In this document: piece by piece, positions 8,060 to 16,747 of the stretch
Layout: each line of letters opens with the position of its first letter
How positions within the stretch are numbered: position 1 is the stretch's first letter
IMG/VR virus record: IMGVR_UViG_651703056_000001
Coordinates: 50,769-114,768 of that record
Length of the DNA stretch: 64,000 nucleotides
From: a virus
Taxonomy: Duplodnaviria; Caudoviricetes
Reading direction: 5' to 3' (one strand)
The notes under the pieces: model-generated
Database searches by the model: none
Seen by the model: only the letters and a program-made list of their open reading frames with translations
Told to the model about the DNA's origin: nothing
Made by a program: the position numbers and the translations under genes

Positions 8060-10306
8060 TGCAGAAGCTACAATAATGTTGAATTTATTAATCCTTTAGA
8101 AGATTCAGAAGACTTCCAAAAAGAAGTTTATAAAGGACGTGGAAATGTTGGTGTAGTAACAATTAATTTCCCTAAAATTGCTATAGAATCAGGTGGTAAC
8201 TGGAATAAATTCTATGAATTACTACATAAATATACCAATATGACGATGGATATCTTAGATTGGAGATATTATTATGCTGGAGAGGCTAGAGCAGAAAGCA
8301 ATCCTCTCATGTGGATGGAAGGTGGTGCATGGAGACGACTCAATCATGATGAAAAAATCTCTAAAACAATCTTTAATTTCACTGCCTCTGTTGGTATTAT
8401 TGGGTTCAATGAAGCTTTGAACTACATGTATTTGAATAATGGGTATGAAGTTGATAACTTACCAAATTATAAGAGTGGTGAACAACGTCAACAAGACCAA
8501 ATAAAATTCATGGAAGTACTTAATTCAATTAAAGAATTTAGAAATATCCATGATGCTGTTCGTATTGATGAAGAGGGTATTCAAACTCGTGTTTGGGATG
8601 ATGAAGGAAACTTTATTAATCCAGACCCCGATAAGAAATACCTTGAAGTTTATGAAAAGTTAGACACTACACGCAAAACAACTATTATCCCTCGTATGTA
8701 TTCTATCTATGGAACACCTGCTGAATCTCTTGTGTATAAAATGATGAAGCAATTACAAGAACAGTATGGATTCATCAATGGTATTACATCTCAAGAAGAT
8801 GGAAAAGGACGTAATTACATTACTAATTCATTCCACCAGCCAGTGTGGGTAGAATCAAATGTATTTGATAAGATTGATTTTGAAGCACCTTTCCATTTGG
8901 ACAAAATGGCAAGTGGTGGACATATCAGTCAAAATGAATTTGCATATGGTACACCTGTGACAGTTCTTGAACAAACTGTTAAATATGCTATGGAACGAGG
9001 CATGTATTATGGGATTAATATCGCATCTAGTCATTGTTTTGATTGTGGATGGAATGGAGAGACAGCAGACACTTGTGCTGAGTGTGGTTCAGAGAATGTA
9101 GTAACAATTCAACGTGTTTGTTTCACAGGAGAAAACCTTGTATTTACCGACAAGGGGTACGTAAAAATCAAAGATATCAAAGTGGGTGACAAGGTTTGGA
9201 CAATGAATAAGAGATTTAAACCTGTCGTTCAAGTTGGTAAAAAAGAAGTAGAAAAAACAATTAATCTTAAAATTTCAGGAACAGAAGATGTTGTATCAAC
9301 CTTAGACCATCCTTTCTTTGCTAAAAAAGATAAAAATTCAGAAACAGAATTAATCGAAGCACAAAACCTAACAAAAGACTCTTATATTGCAGTACCAATT
9401 AATCAAGAATCTATTGTTCCAAAAGTGGAAGGGTTGCCTGTTGAAGATAAAGATTTCTGGTGGTTAGTTGGTCGTTATTTAGGTGACGGTTGGGTCAAAC
9501 AACATAGTGAAAACTCTATTAGAAGTTATATTTGTGTTGGGAAAGACGATTCTAATGGTATTGAAAAAATTCAATATGTAATAGATAAGTTTAACCTTGG
9601 CTATACAGATAAAAGAGAGACTCGAACTACATATATTTGGTCGACGTTTGATAAAACATTTAATAATTTTATGAAACAAATGGGACATAGAGCTGAAAAT
9701 AAACAGATTCCTGTGGAATGGCTTAATCTACCTATTGATTTGGCGAGAGAACTTCTTTATGGATATCTTTCTGCTGATGGGTGCGTTCATAATAATAAGC
9801 AAATTTGTAACTCTGTTTCTCGTAAATTGTTATATGGAATTGGACAACTTGTATTAAAAGTTGAAAATAAAGGATATACTATTTACAAAAATAGAGATGC
9901 TGGAATTATGGAGATAGAAGGTAGAACAGTAAACACCAAAGCGAGATATGACCTAAAATTCTCTTTAAACAAACCAACTATGAGTTTTGTTCAAAATGGT
10001 TATGCTTTCTTTAGAGTTAGAGGTTCTGAAATTGTAGAAAAAAATGATACAGTTTACTCTTTGACAGTTTTAGATGATGCAAGTTATACTATTCAAAATC
10101 TACTTGTTAAGAATTGCGGTTACCTTTCTATTACATCACGCAACGGACATAGTGTCGTAAATGCTGGTAAAACCGAAGAATTACTTGAACGTGTTAATCA
10201 TGTTGGAAATGCTAAAAAAGAATACACTAAAAACTTTGAGAAAAAACACGACATACAAAGAGATGTTGTATCTAAAGAGTTCTCAATGTTTGAAACAGGA
10301 GAATAA
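8060..10306 (+). CDS. nrdD: Anaerobic class III ribonucleotide reductase, exon 2 (contains intein)
   Basis: Motifs CRS, GRGNVGVVTINFP, YGTPAESL, YITNSFH, ASGGHI, Zn site CFDC..CAEC and RV[intein]CGYL glycyl-radical loop. Confidence 0.93.
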   Translation, partial: CRSYNNVEFINPLEDSEDFQKEVYKGRGNVGVVTINFPKIAIESGGNWNKFYELLHKYTNMTMDILDWRYYYAGEARAESNPLMWMEGGAWRRLNHDEKISKTIFNFTASVGIIGFNEALNYMYLNNGYEVDNLPNYKSGEQRQQDQIKFMEVLNSIKEFRNIHDAVRIDEEGIQTRVWDDEGNFINPDPDKKYLEVYEKLDTTRKTTIIPRMYSIYGTPAESLVYKMMKQLQEQYGFINGITSQEDGKGRNYITNSFHQPVWVESNVFDKIDFEAPFHLDKMASGGHISQNEFAYGTPVTVLEQTVKYAMERGMYYGINIASSHCFDCGWNGETADTCAECGSENVVTIQRVCFTGENLVFTDKGYVKIKDIKVGDKVWTMNKRFKPVVQVGKKEVEKTINLKISGTEDVVSTLDHPFFAKKDKNSETELIEAQNLTKDSYIAVPINQESIVPKVEGLPVEDKDFWWLVGRYLGDGWVKQHSENSIRSYICVGKDDSNGIEKIQYVIDKFNLGYTDKRETRTTYIWSTFDKTFNNFMKQMGHRAENKQIPVEWLNLPIDLARELLYGYLSADGCVHNNKQICNSVSRKLLYGIGQLVLKVENKGYTIYKNRDAGIMEIEGRTVNTKARYDLKFSLNKPTMSFVQNGYAFFRVRGSEIVEKNDTVYSLTVLDDASYTIQNLLVKNCGYLSITSRNGHSVVNAGKTEELLERVNHVGNAKKEYTKNFEKKHDIQRDVVSKEFSMFETGE
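9119..10114 (+). mobile_element. Intein with LAGLIDADG homing endonuclease in NrdD (332 aa)
   Basis: Starts CFTGENLV, has block B STLDHPF and LAGLIDADG motifs LVGRYLGDG and LYGYLSADG, and ends LLVKN followed by Cys+1. Splicing gives RVCGYL. Confidence 0.92.
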
Positions 10307-10902
10307 TGGCTTATATACACCAAATAAATGCTATGGACTTTGAGAACAGCTTCCAAGAGGGCGGATTTAGACACGATAAACAATCTAAAATCCCTGTGGG
10401 GGCTGTTGTTTCAGTCTTTATAAACTACTGTTCATTCCATTGTTTGGGATGTTGGAATAGTGATACGTGGGATAGGAAGGATGACCTTTACATTCCAGAT
10501 GAAAAAGTTGCAGAACAAATCATCGAAGGATTAGACCAGTTTGACTTAAATCCATCGATAGGGTTGAGTTTCTTGGGTGGCGACCCTATTTTACCACAGA
10601 ATGCAGAATCAACAGCTAATATAATTAGACTTGTTTTAGAGAAGAGACCTAATGTTGTTATTGGTTTATGGACTGGATATAAATTTGAATATCTTTTAAA
10701 ACATGCTGATGAGAACCAAAAATACATTTTAAAGCATATAGATGTTATCATTGATGGCAGATTTATTGAAAAGAAAAAGATAGCAAACAAAAGATATGGT
10801 TCTTATAACCAACGAGTTATTAATGTTCCTGAGTCATTAAAAGAGGGTCAAACAGTAATTACAGAATTTTATAAACAAGATATGAAAGATTTTCCAGTAT
10901 AA
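10306..10902 (+). CDS. nrdG: Anaerobic RNR activating protein (radical SAM)
   Basis: CSFHCLGCWN CxxxCxxC, LGGDP, WTGY, DVIIDGRF and GSYNQRVI motifs; follows nrdD. Confidence 0.92.
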   Translation: MAYIHQINAMDFENSFQEGGFRHDKQSKIPVGAVVSVFINYCSFHCLGCWNSDTWDRKDDLYIPDEKVAEQIIEGLDQFDLNPSIGLSFLGGDPILPQNAESTANIIRLVLEKRPNVVIGLWTGYKFEYLLKHADENQKYILKHIDVIIDGRFIEKKKIANKRYGSYNQRVINVPESLKEGQTVITEFYKQDMKDFPV

Positions 10903-10906
10903 ATTT

Positions 10907-10947
10907 AAAAGCTATTCCTTGACGGGGGTAGCTTTTTGTGGTATAAT
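10907..10947 (+). promoter_or_regulatory. Terminator hairpin overlapping a sigma70 promoter (-35 TTGACG forms the loop)
   Basis: aaaagctattcc-TTGACG-ggggtagcttttt; TTGACG-17-TATAAT with TG. Confidence 0.75.
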
Positions 10948-10977
10948 AGTATTAACATAAAATGAAAAGAGTGAATA

Positions 10978-11706
10978 ATGCGTGGAAAAAGATTAACAAC
11001 AGAGGAAGTAAAGGAAAGAATTGAATACTTAACAGGCAATGAGTACTTGTTACTTGGAAATTATGTTAATGCACATACTAAAATATTAATTAAACACAAT
11101 CTCTGTAGAAATACCTATGAGGTAAAATGGGGTAGTTTTCAACAAGGAACAAGATGTCCAAGATGTTTTGGCAGTGAGAAATTAAACAATAAAGAAATTG
11201 ATAAGAGAATATTTGAATTAACAAAAAATGAATATATTAGGATTGGGGATTATAAAGGTACACATACTAAAATACAAGTCAAACATAGTCTCTGCGGAAC
11301 AAAATATGAGGTAACATGGAGTAGTTTTCAAAGTGGTAGAAGGTGTCCAAGATGCAACGAATCTAAAGGAGAAAAAGAAATCTCAGATATCTTAAACTCT
11401 TTAGGTATTAAATACATTTCTCAAAAAAGATTTAAAAAATGTAAATATAAAAAGACTTTACCTTTTGACTTTTATGTTCATGACAAAAAATCTAAGCTCC
11501 TTATTGAGTTTGATGGAGAACAACATTTTAAATCTGTAGAATATTTTGGCGGAGAGAAAGCTTTTCGAGATACTCAACTCAGAGACCAAATCAAAAACGA
11601 TTTTGCACTGTCAAATAACATTCCTTTATTAAGAATCCCTTACACAGAACAAGACAATATCGAACAAATCATAACAAATAAACTAAAAGAATTAAATTTT
11701 ATTTAA
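10978..11706 (+). CDS. Free-standing putative homing endonuclease (two His/Cys Zn-ribbon repeats + Vsr/DUF559-like nuclease)
   Basis: Two repeats of H..C...YEV.W.SFQ.G.RCPRC; C-terminal SKGE, PFDFY, LIEFDGEQH, D.IKN and LLRIPY; has its own promoter. Confidence 0.78.
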   Translation: MRGKRLTTEEVKERIEYLTGNEYLLLGNYVNAHTKILIKHNLCRNTYEVKWGSFQQGTRCPRCFGSEKLNNKEIDKRIFELTKNEYIRIGDYKGTHTKIQVKHSLCGTKYEVTWSSFQSGRRCPRCNESKGEKEISDILNSLGIKYISQKRFKKCKYKKTLPFDFYVHDKKSKLLIEFDGEQHFKSVEYFGGEKAFRDTQLRDQIKNDFALSNNIPLLRIPYTEQDNIEQIITNKLKELNFI

Positions 11707-11709
11707 CTC

Positions 11710-11738
11710 TTGACAAATTAAAATAAATATGTTATAAT
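11710..11738 (+). promoter_or_regulatory. sigma70-type promoter
   Basis: TTGACA-17-TATAAT with extended TG. Confidence 0.8.
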
Positions 11739-11759
11739 ATTATATAGAAGGAGAATAAT

Positions 11760-11957
11760 ATGAATTTATTAGAACACTATATTGAGGAAATTGTTTTTGA
11801 AAAGCCTTATAAAGCTGACTGGACAAAACAACATAAAGAGAAATTCATAGAAGTCGAAATGATTGTAAATGTTCATGGTGGGCTATCTAGCGCACATAAA
11901 ATTTTTACAGTTGACAAATGGAAAAAAGTTAAAGAAAAAGGCTTCTATATTGCGTAA
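11760..11957 (+). CDS. Hypothetical protein
   Basis: 65 aa, AAGGAG RBS, own promoter. Confidence 0.65.
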   Translation: MNLLEHYIEEIVFEKPYKADWTKQHKEKFIEVEMIVNVHGGLSSAHKIFTVDKWKKVKEKGFYIA

Positions 11958-11977
11958 TTATAAAGGAGGTGTGTAAA

Positions 11978-12229
11978 ATGACACTAGGTTCAGTAACTTT
12001 CACAATGAAAGGTTTGGTAAAATCAGAATCGGATAATTTTGTTTTAGTTCAGCACGACAATCTATATCAAGTATTCGAGAAAGATAGTGATAATCCATTT
12101 ATCGTTTACGATGATAAAACAAAGCAATTAGACTACCTAAACAAAAATGTTTATTCTGCTGATAATCAAAATAAAGCTCGTGCTATATACGAGAAATTAC
12201 AGATTATCAAAAATAACAGAACGTTTTAG
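11978..12229 (+). CDS. Hypothetical protein
   Basis: AAGGAGGT RBS upstream of ATG 11978. Confidence 0.6.
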   Translation: MTLGSVTFTMKGLVKSESDNFVLVQHDNLYQVFEKDSDNPFIVYDDKTKQLDYLNKNVYSADNQNKARAIYEKLQIIKNNRTF

Positions 12230-12267
12230 TTGACAAAATAAGACTATTATGGTATAATAGTCTTATT
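12230..12267 (+). promoter_or_regulatory. sigma70 promoter of nrdH-nrdI-nrdE' overlapped by a perfect 14-bp inverted repeat
   Basis: TTGACA(12230)-17-TATAAT(12253); aataagactattat-ggt-ataatagtcttatt at 12237-12267. Confidence 0.8.
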
Positions 12268-12292
12268 GCTTTATATAGAAGGAGATATAAAA

Positions 12293-12532
12293 ATGGTTAA
12301 AGTATACAGTAAATACAATTGTAAAAATTGTAAACAAGTTAAACGCTTACTCAAATTCTCAGGAATTGATTATATTGAGATTAATGTTGAAGATGATGAA
12401 GAAGCCTTTAAATATATTAAAGAAGGACTGGGGTTCTCTAATCTTCCAGTTATCGTAGCTCAAGATGTAGAACCATTTGAGTTCAACTCTACCAAAGTAA
12501 ATGAATTTGTTAAAGGCTATACACATGGATAA
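12293..12532 (+). CDS. nrdH: Glutaredoxin-like NrdH
   Basis: VYSKYNCKNC CxxC and G..NLPVI motifs; first gene of the class Ib RNR cluster. Confidence 0.88.
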   Translation: MVKVYSKYNCKNCKQVKRLLKFSGIDYIEINVEDDEEAFKYIKEGLGFSNLPVIVAQDVEPFEFNSTKVNEFVKGYTHG

Positions 12533-12896
12533 TATTTTAATTGCTTATAAATCATTAGGTGGAAATTGTGATAGAGTAATTAAAAAACTGGGTATCGAAG
12601 GATTCAAGATTGATGGAGATAACATCTACGACTTTAATGAGGATAGTAAATTTTATCTCTTGATTCCCACTTATGAGGAAGAGTGGATTGGAGATGCGTG
12701 GGATTTTATGGACGATTATCATGAGAACTGCCTAGGCATTATAGGGTCAGGAAATTTTAACTTTGGAGATGACATGTTCATATTTACAGCGAATGACATG
12801 AGTAAGAAATATGATATTCCTGTAATCTATTCCATTGAGAATTTTGGAAACAAGAAAGACATCAATAACATTAAAGAGTTATTGCAAATAAATTAA
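12525..12896 (+). CDS. nrdI: Flavodoxin-like NrdI
   Basis: YKSLGGN, LLIPTY, GIIGSGN.NFG and E.FG motifs; lies between nrdH and nrdE'. Confidence 0.85.
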   Translation: MDNILIAYKSLGGNCDRVIKKLGIEGFKIDGDNIYDFNEDSKFYLLIPTYEEEWIGDAWDFMDDYHENCLGIIGSGNFNFGDDMFIFTANDMSKKYDIPVIYSIENFGNKKDINNIKELLQIN

Positions 12897-12909
12897 TAGG
12901 AGGTTTCAC

Positions 12910-14409
12910 TTGACAGTCACAAAGATTGAAACAAAAGAATCAGTAACACCAGAGTATTTTATGCTCAACAACCAACTAAATATCATTAAAGATGGTAAAA
13001 TTCAGTTGAACGCAGACAGAGAAGCTGTCCATAGCTATTTCATTGATTACGTAAATCCACATACAGTCTATTTTGGAGACTTGCGTGAGAAGCTCGACTA
13101 TTTAGTGAAACATAAGTATATCAAAGGCGAAGTGCTTGATAAATATACTTTCAAATTTATTAAAAAATTATTTAAAACTCTATATGATAAAAAGTTTAGA
13201 TTCACAACTTTCATGGGTGCGTATAAGTTTTATACACAGTATGCTATGCACACAACAGATGGAAAATCAATTCTTGAACGATATGAAGACCGTATTGCTT
13301 TTAATGCCTTAGTTATGGCTGATGGCGATGAGCAATTGGCTCTCAACATTGCAAATGAAATGATTTCACAAACCTATCAACCTGCAACACCAACATTTTC
13401 TAATGCTGGTAAATTGCGTGGGGGTAATGCTGTATCATGTTTCCTCTTGAATATTGAAGATAATATGACTTCTATCGGACGCTCAGTAAACTCAGTTCTT
13501 CAATTATCTAAAATGGGTGGTGGAGTTGCAGGTACAACTGTGGCTTTATATCTTGCTCGTGCAGGATTTGAACCTGTCCTATTGACAGATGGTGAAATTG
13601 GTGGAAATCTTAATTCTATTGATACTATTCAAAATTACGTTGGAATTTATAACGCAAAAGGTAGTGATATTACAGAAGCAATTCGCTGTCAACTTTATCA
13701 AGCTGGATGTGATATGGGTAGCAATATTAAAGAAGATACTAAAGTCACTAATGTTTCTAAAGATAAGAATGGTATTTATCTGATTACGTATGAAGACCTT
13801 TTAGGTGATGAGAGTACTATTCTGTCTAAAAACCTTGTCATTGCAACAGGTCAGCATAACCTTAAACTTCCAATTGATGTGGAACAGCACAACTGTGTTT
13901 TATGTGATGGTTTTATGTTTAAAGGTGAACCAGTAGTTGTAATTGGTGGTGGAAATTCTGCTTTAACAGAAGCAATCGAACTAGCTAAAACATCAAGTAA
14001 AGTTTATCTCGTTACACGTAGACCTGAGTTCCGTGCAGAACAACACTTACAAAATGAAATCAAAGAACATGATAACATTGTTCATTCAGTAGGCAATCTT
14101 AAATCGGTAGTTGGTGATTCATATATTTTTGATACCCACACACTTATTGCAAAAGGGCTTTTTGTTTACATTGGCTCAAAACCTAATACACAGTTTATGG
14201 AAGACGAATTAATTCTAACAGATAGCGGACATATTGATACAATGGGTTATAATGCTTTGGTTGGTGTTAAAGGTAGTCGCCACATGGATATTGACCGTAA
14301 TTTATATGTTGTTGGAGATGTGAATGGTTCAGTTGAAGCAAAACAATTTGGTATTGCAATTGGTCAAGCCACAGAGGTTGCAGTTCAGCTTATTAAAAAA
14401 TTGTCATAA
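12910..14409 (+). CDS. Chimeric ORF: NrdE N-terminal ~205 aa fused in frame to a thioredoxin reductase (TrxB)
   Basis: NrdE motifs FMGAYKFY, LERYEDR, QPATPTFSNAG, SCFL and LSKMGGGVA, then TrxB motifs GGGVAG..ALYLAR, IATG, CVLCDG, GGGNSA.EA and GD. TTG start after AGGAGG. Confidence 0.85.
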   Translation: MTVTKIETKESVTPEYFMLNNQLNIIKDGKIQLNADREAVHSYFIDYVNPHTVYFGDLREKLDYLVKHKYIKGEVLDKYTFKFIKKLFKTLYDKKFRFTTFMGAYKFYTQYAMHTTDGKSILERYEDRIAFNALVMADGDEQLALNIANEMISQTYQPATPTFSNAGKLRGGNAVSCFLLNIEDNMTSIGRSVNSVLQLSKMGGGVAGTTVALYLARAGFEPVLLTDGEIGGNLNSIDTIQNYVGIYNAKGSDITEAIRCQLYQAGCDMGSNIKEDTKVTNVSKDKNGIYLITYEDLLGDESTILSKNLVIATGQHNLKLPIDVEQHNCVLCDGFMFKGEPVVVIGGGNSALTEAIELAKTSSKVYLVTRRPEFRAEQHLQNEIKEHDNIVHSVGNLKSVVGDSYIFDTHTLIAKGLFVYIGSKPNTQFMEDELILTDSGHIDTMGYNALVGVKGSRHMDIDRNLYVVGDVNGSVEAKQFGIAIGQATEVAVQLIKKLS

Positions 14410-14423
14410 TAATGACTTTATTC

Positions 14424-14452
14424 TTGACATATACTATTAATTATGATATAAT
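14424..14452 (+). promoter_or_regulatory. sigma70-type promoter
   Basis: TTGACA-17-TATAAT with TG. Confidence 0.8.
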
Positions 14453-14487
14453 ATTATGAGCAATATGTTTAGAAAGGAGAACATGAA

Positions 14488-15168
14488 ATGAGTACGAAAA
14501 GTGAACTAATATTTGATAATTTAGAAAATATGGACAATATCCTTGTTTTTGTTGGTGCAAGTGGCAGTGGTAAATCAACTCTTGTAGAACATATCAGAAA
14601 AAATTTAGGCATTCCCCAACTTGTCACTACTACAACACGACACAAGAGAAAAAATGAAAAAGAAGGAGAAGATTATCACTTTATTGAGTCAGAAGAGTTT
14701 AACCGCCTAGCTAATAATCAGTCTTTTTTGGAAACCACAAGTTATTCTGGTAACTCATATGGCTTAACAAAAGAAGAAATTGATAAAAATTCTAATAATG
14801 TATCAACTGTTATCACAGATATTAATGGTGCTCGTACATTGGCAAATCTGTATCCAGACCGTGTTATGGTCTTTTGGATGAAAAGTACACCACTTAATCT
14901 TGTTAAGAGATTGAGAAAGCGTGGCGAAAGCTGGCTCATAATTATAACGAGACTATTTAATGCTTATCGTTGCCATGAATTTTCCGTTCCATCATCAGAG
15001 TTTGCTGATGTAACATTTACGGTTATTCATTCGGAAGATGATATGGTTAATAATTTCGGAATAGTTTATTATAAGCTATTGACAGATGAGTTCAAAAAGA
15101 ACACAGATTATCTACAACAACTAGAAAAAGAAAAGGAATTGAATAATGGCAGAAAGACGTTACTATAA
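14488..15168 (+). CDS. gmk: Guanylate kinase-like NMP kinase
   Basis: GASGSGKS P-loop, TTR.KR.NE.EGEDYHF, FLE..YSGNSYG, DINGA and RLRKRG. Confidence 0.85.
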   Translation: MSTKSELIFDNLENMDNILVFVGASGSGKSTLVEHIRKNLGIPQLVTTTTRHKRKNEKEGEDYHFIESEEFNRLANNQSFLETTSYSGNSYGLTKEEIDKNSNNVSTVITDINGARTLANLYPDRVMVFWMKSTPLNLVKRLRKRGESWLIIITRLFNAYRCHEFSVPSSEFADVTFTVIHSEDDMVNNFGIVYYKLLTDEFKKNTDYLQQLEKEKELNNGRKTLL

Positions 15169-15889
15169 AGCAGGAGAACAGGTATGGTCAAATCAAGATG
15201 GTGTAGTAGCTATCGTTAAAAGTGTTGATACTGTAAATAAGGAAATGACAGTTTATCTTCTTGATGAAAAAGGTAAGACAACTACAGTAACACGTAACCT
15301 TTGGGAATTTGATAAACTTCGTGGATTCAATAAATATGAAGCTGGGACAATTGGTTTTGCTAAATTCCGTCCGACAGCTAAAATCCCTACTAAAAATCAT
15401 TTTGAAGATGCAGGATTTGATGTTTATTTAGATATTCCTAAAGAACACAAATGGAAAGATTTAGCAGGTCAAGAACATGATTCATGGAATAATGGAGTCC
15501 TCTCACTTCATATCTTTAAAGGTAAACCAACTCTATTACCAACTGGTATTGGAGTGAAAGTTTCAGAAGACTATTATACTGATTGGGCTAATGAACGTGG
15601 TTCAACTGGTTTGCAAGGTATGGCTACACTTTCAGGTGTTGTTGACGCAGGGTATCGTGGTGAAGTATTCCTTGATATTGCTCCGACTTATAAAGATATT
15701 ATTATCACAAATGCCTATCAAGATGTCAAGGAAACTGATAATGAAATCTTCTTCCCAATCACAAAAGCTGTTGCTCAAATGATTGTACGTGATAATTTAC
15801 ATTTACGTGAATATGAGTTGTCTATTGATGATTTTAAAGATGATGTAACTAATCGAGGAGATTCTAAATTAGGTGCTTCTGGGAAATAA
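15146..15889 (+). CDS. dut: Trimeric dUTPase with N-terminal extension
   Basis: Motifs AGFDV, ERGS, GVVDAGYRGE, VAQMI and RGDSKLGASG. Confidence 0.9.
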   Translation: MAERRYYKAGEQVWSNQDGVVAIVKSVDTVNKEMTVYLLDEKGKTTTVTRNLWEFDKLRGFNKYEAGTIGFAKFRPTAKIPTKNHFEDAGFDVYLDIPKEHKWKDLAGQEHDSWNNGVLSLHIFKGKPTLLPTGIGVKVSEDYYTDWANERGSTGLQGMATLSGVVDAGYRGEVFLDIAPTYKDIIITNAYQDVKETDNEIFFPITKAVAQMIVRDNLHLREYELSIDDFKDDVTNRGDSKLGASGK

Positions 15890-15898
15890 TAACATATT

Positions 15899-15919
15899 AA
15901 CTAGCTTCGGCTAGTTTTT
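15899..15919 (+). terminator. Intrinsic terminator with UUCG tetraloop
   Basis: aactagc-ttcg-gctagtt followed by T-rich tail. Confidence 0.8.
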
Positions 15920-15928
15920 GTTTTTCTC

Positions 15929-15957
15929 TTGACAGGTAGGAAAAAATATGATATAAT
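15929..15957 (+). promoter_or_regulatory. sigma70-type promoter
   Basis: TTGACA-17-TATAAT with TG. Confidence 0.8.
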
Positions 15958-15985
15958 ATTATTATAACAAAAAAAGGAGAAAATA

Positions 15986-16747
15986 ATGAATTTAGAGCAA
16001 TACTTAAAATTAACTGGCTTTGATAAGCCTGAGCCAAAAGGTATCAATATTGCAATTCTTGATAGTGGTTTTAATACACAAAATAAAAATGTGAAATATA
16101 GATTTAATGCCTTTGACAAATCAGATGACGTAAAAGATGAACGTGGGCATGGTACTGCTATTTTTGATATTATCAGTACAATTTCACCAAACTCAAACTT
16201 CTATTTATTCAAGGCTTTAGATAAAGATGGGAAAGGAACAATGTTATCAATTTATGAGTCATTGATTCGTGTACGTGATATTGAAGAGATTGATATTGTC
16301 TGTATGAGTTTTAGTAGTTTTCAGCAACTTAGCATTACGACAGATAAAGCAATTAAAGAGTGTCTTGAGAATAAAAAGATTCTTGTATCAGCACTAGGTA
16401 ATGATGAACGACAACAAGACACTTATCCAAGTGCTGTAGAAGGTGTATATAAAGTAGGTGCACTTTCTGAAAGTCTAATCTCACGTTACCACCTATCAAA
16501 CTATTCTCCAACAACCCACTTTGTGGCATTAGGTGAAAATATTCTTGCTAATAATGAACTACGTGAAGGTACAAGCTTTGCAACCGCTATTGTTGTTGGA
16601 CAGATTGCGGAGATTATGGCTCATTATCAAATCAAAAAAGAAGAAGTTAATTATGAATTATTTGAAGATTCATTCCTATCTAGTTCATCACGGACTATGG
16701 ACATGGCTAGGGGTCATCTTCTTAAAGGAGGTAACGATGACTTTTAG
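15986..16747 (+). CDS. Subtilisin-like S8 serine protease (no signal peptide or propeptide)
   Basis: Catalytic triad motifs IAILDSG, GHGT and GTSFAT; oxyanion ALGND; YPSA. Confidence 0.88.
   Translation: MNLEQYLKLTGFDKPEPKGINIAILDSGFNTQNKNVKYRFNAFDKSDDVKDERGHGTAIFDIISTISPNSNFYLFKALDKDGKGTMLSIYESLIRVRDIEEIDIVCMSFSSFQQLSITTDKAIKECLENKKILVSALGNDERQQDTYPSAVEGVYKVGALSESLISRYHLSNYSPTTHFVALGENILANNELREGTSFATAIVVGQIAEIMAHYQIKKEEVNYELFEDSFLSSSSRTMDMARGHLLKGGNDDF

Noticed and set aside
3702-15889. Hypermodified-base (e.g. dZ, 7-deazaguanine, hmU) biosynthesis cluster
   Set aside because: No PurZ, Que/DpdA, hydroxymethylase or glycosyltransferase genes are visible; the content fits ordinary dNTP supply.
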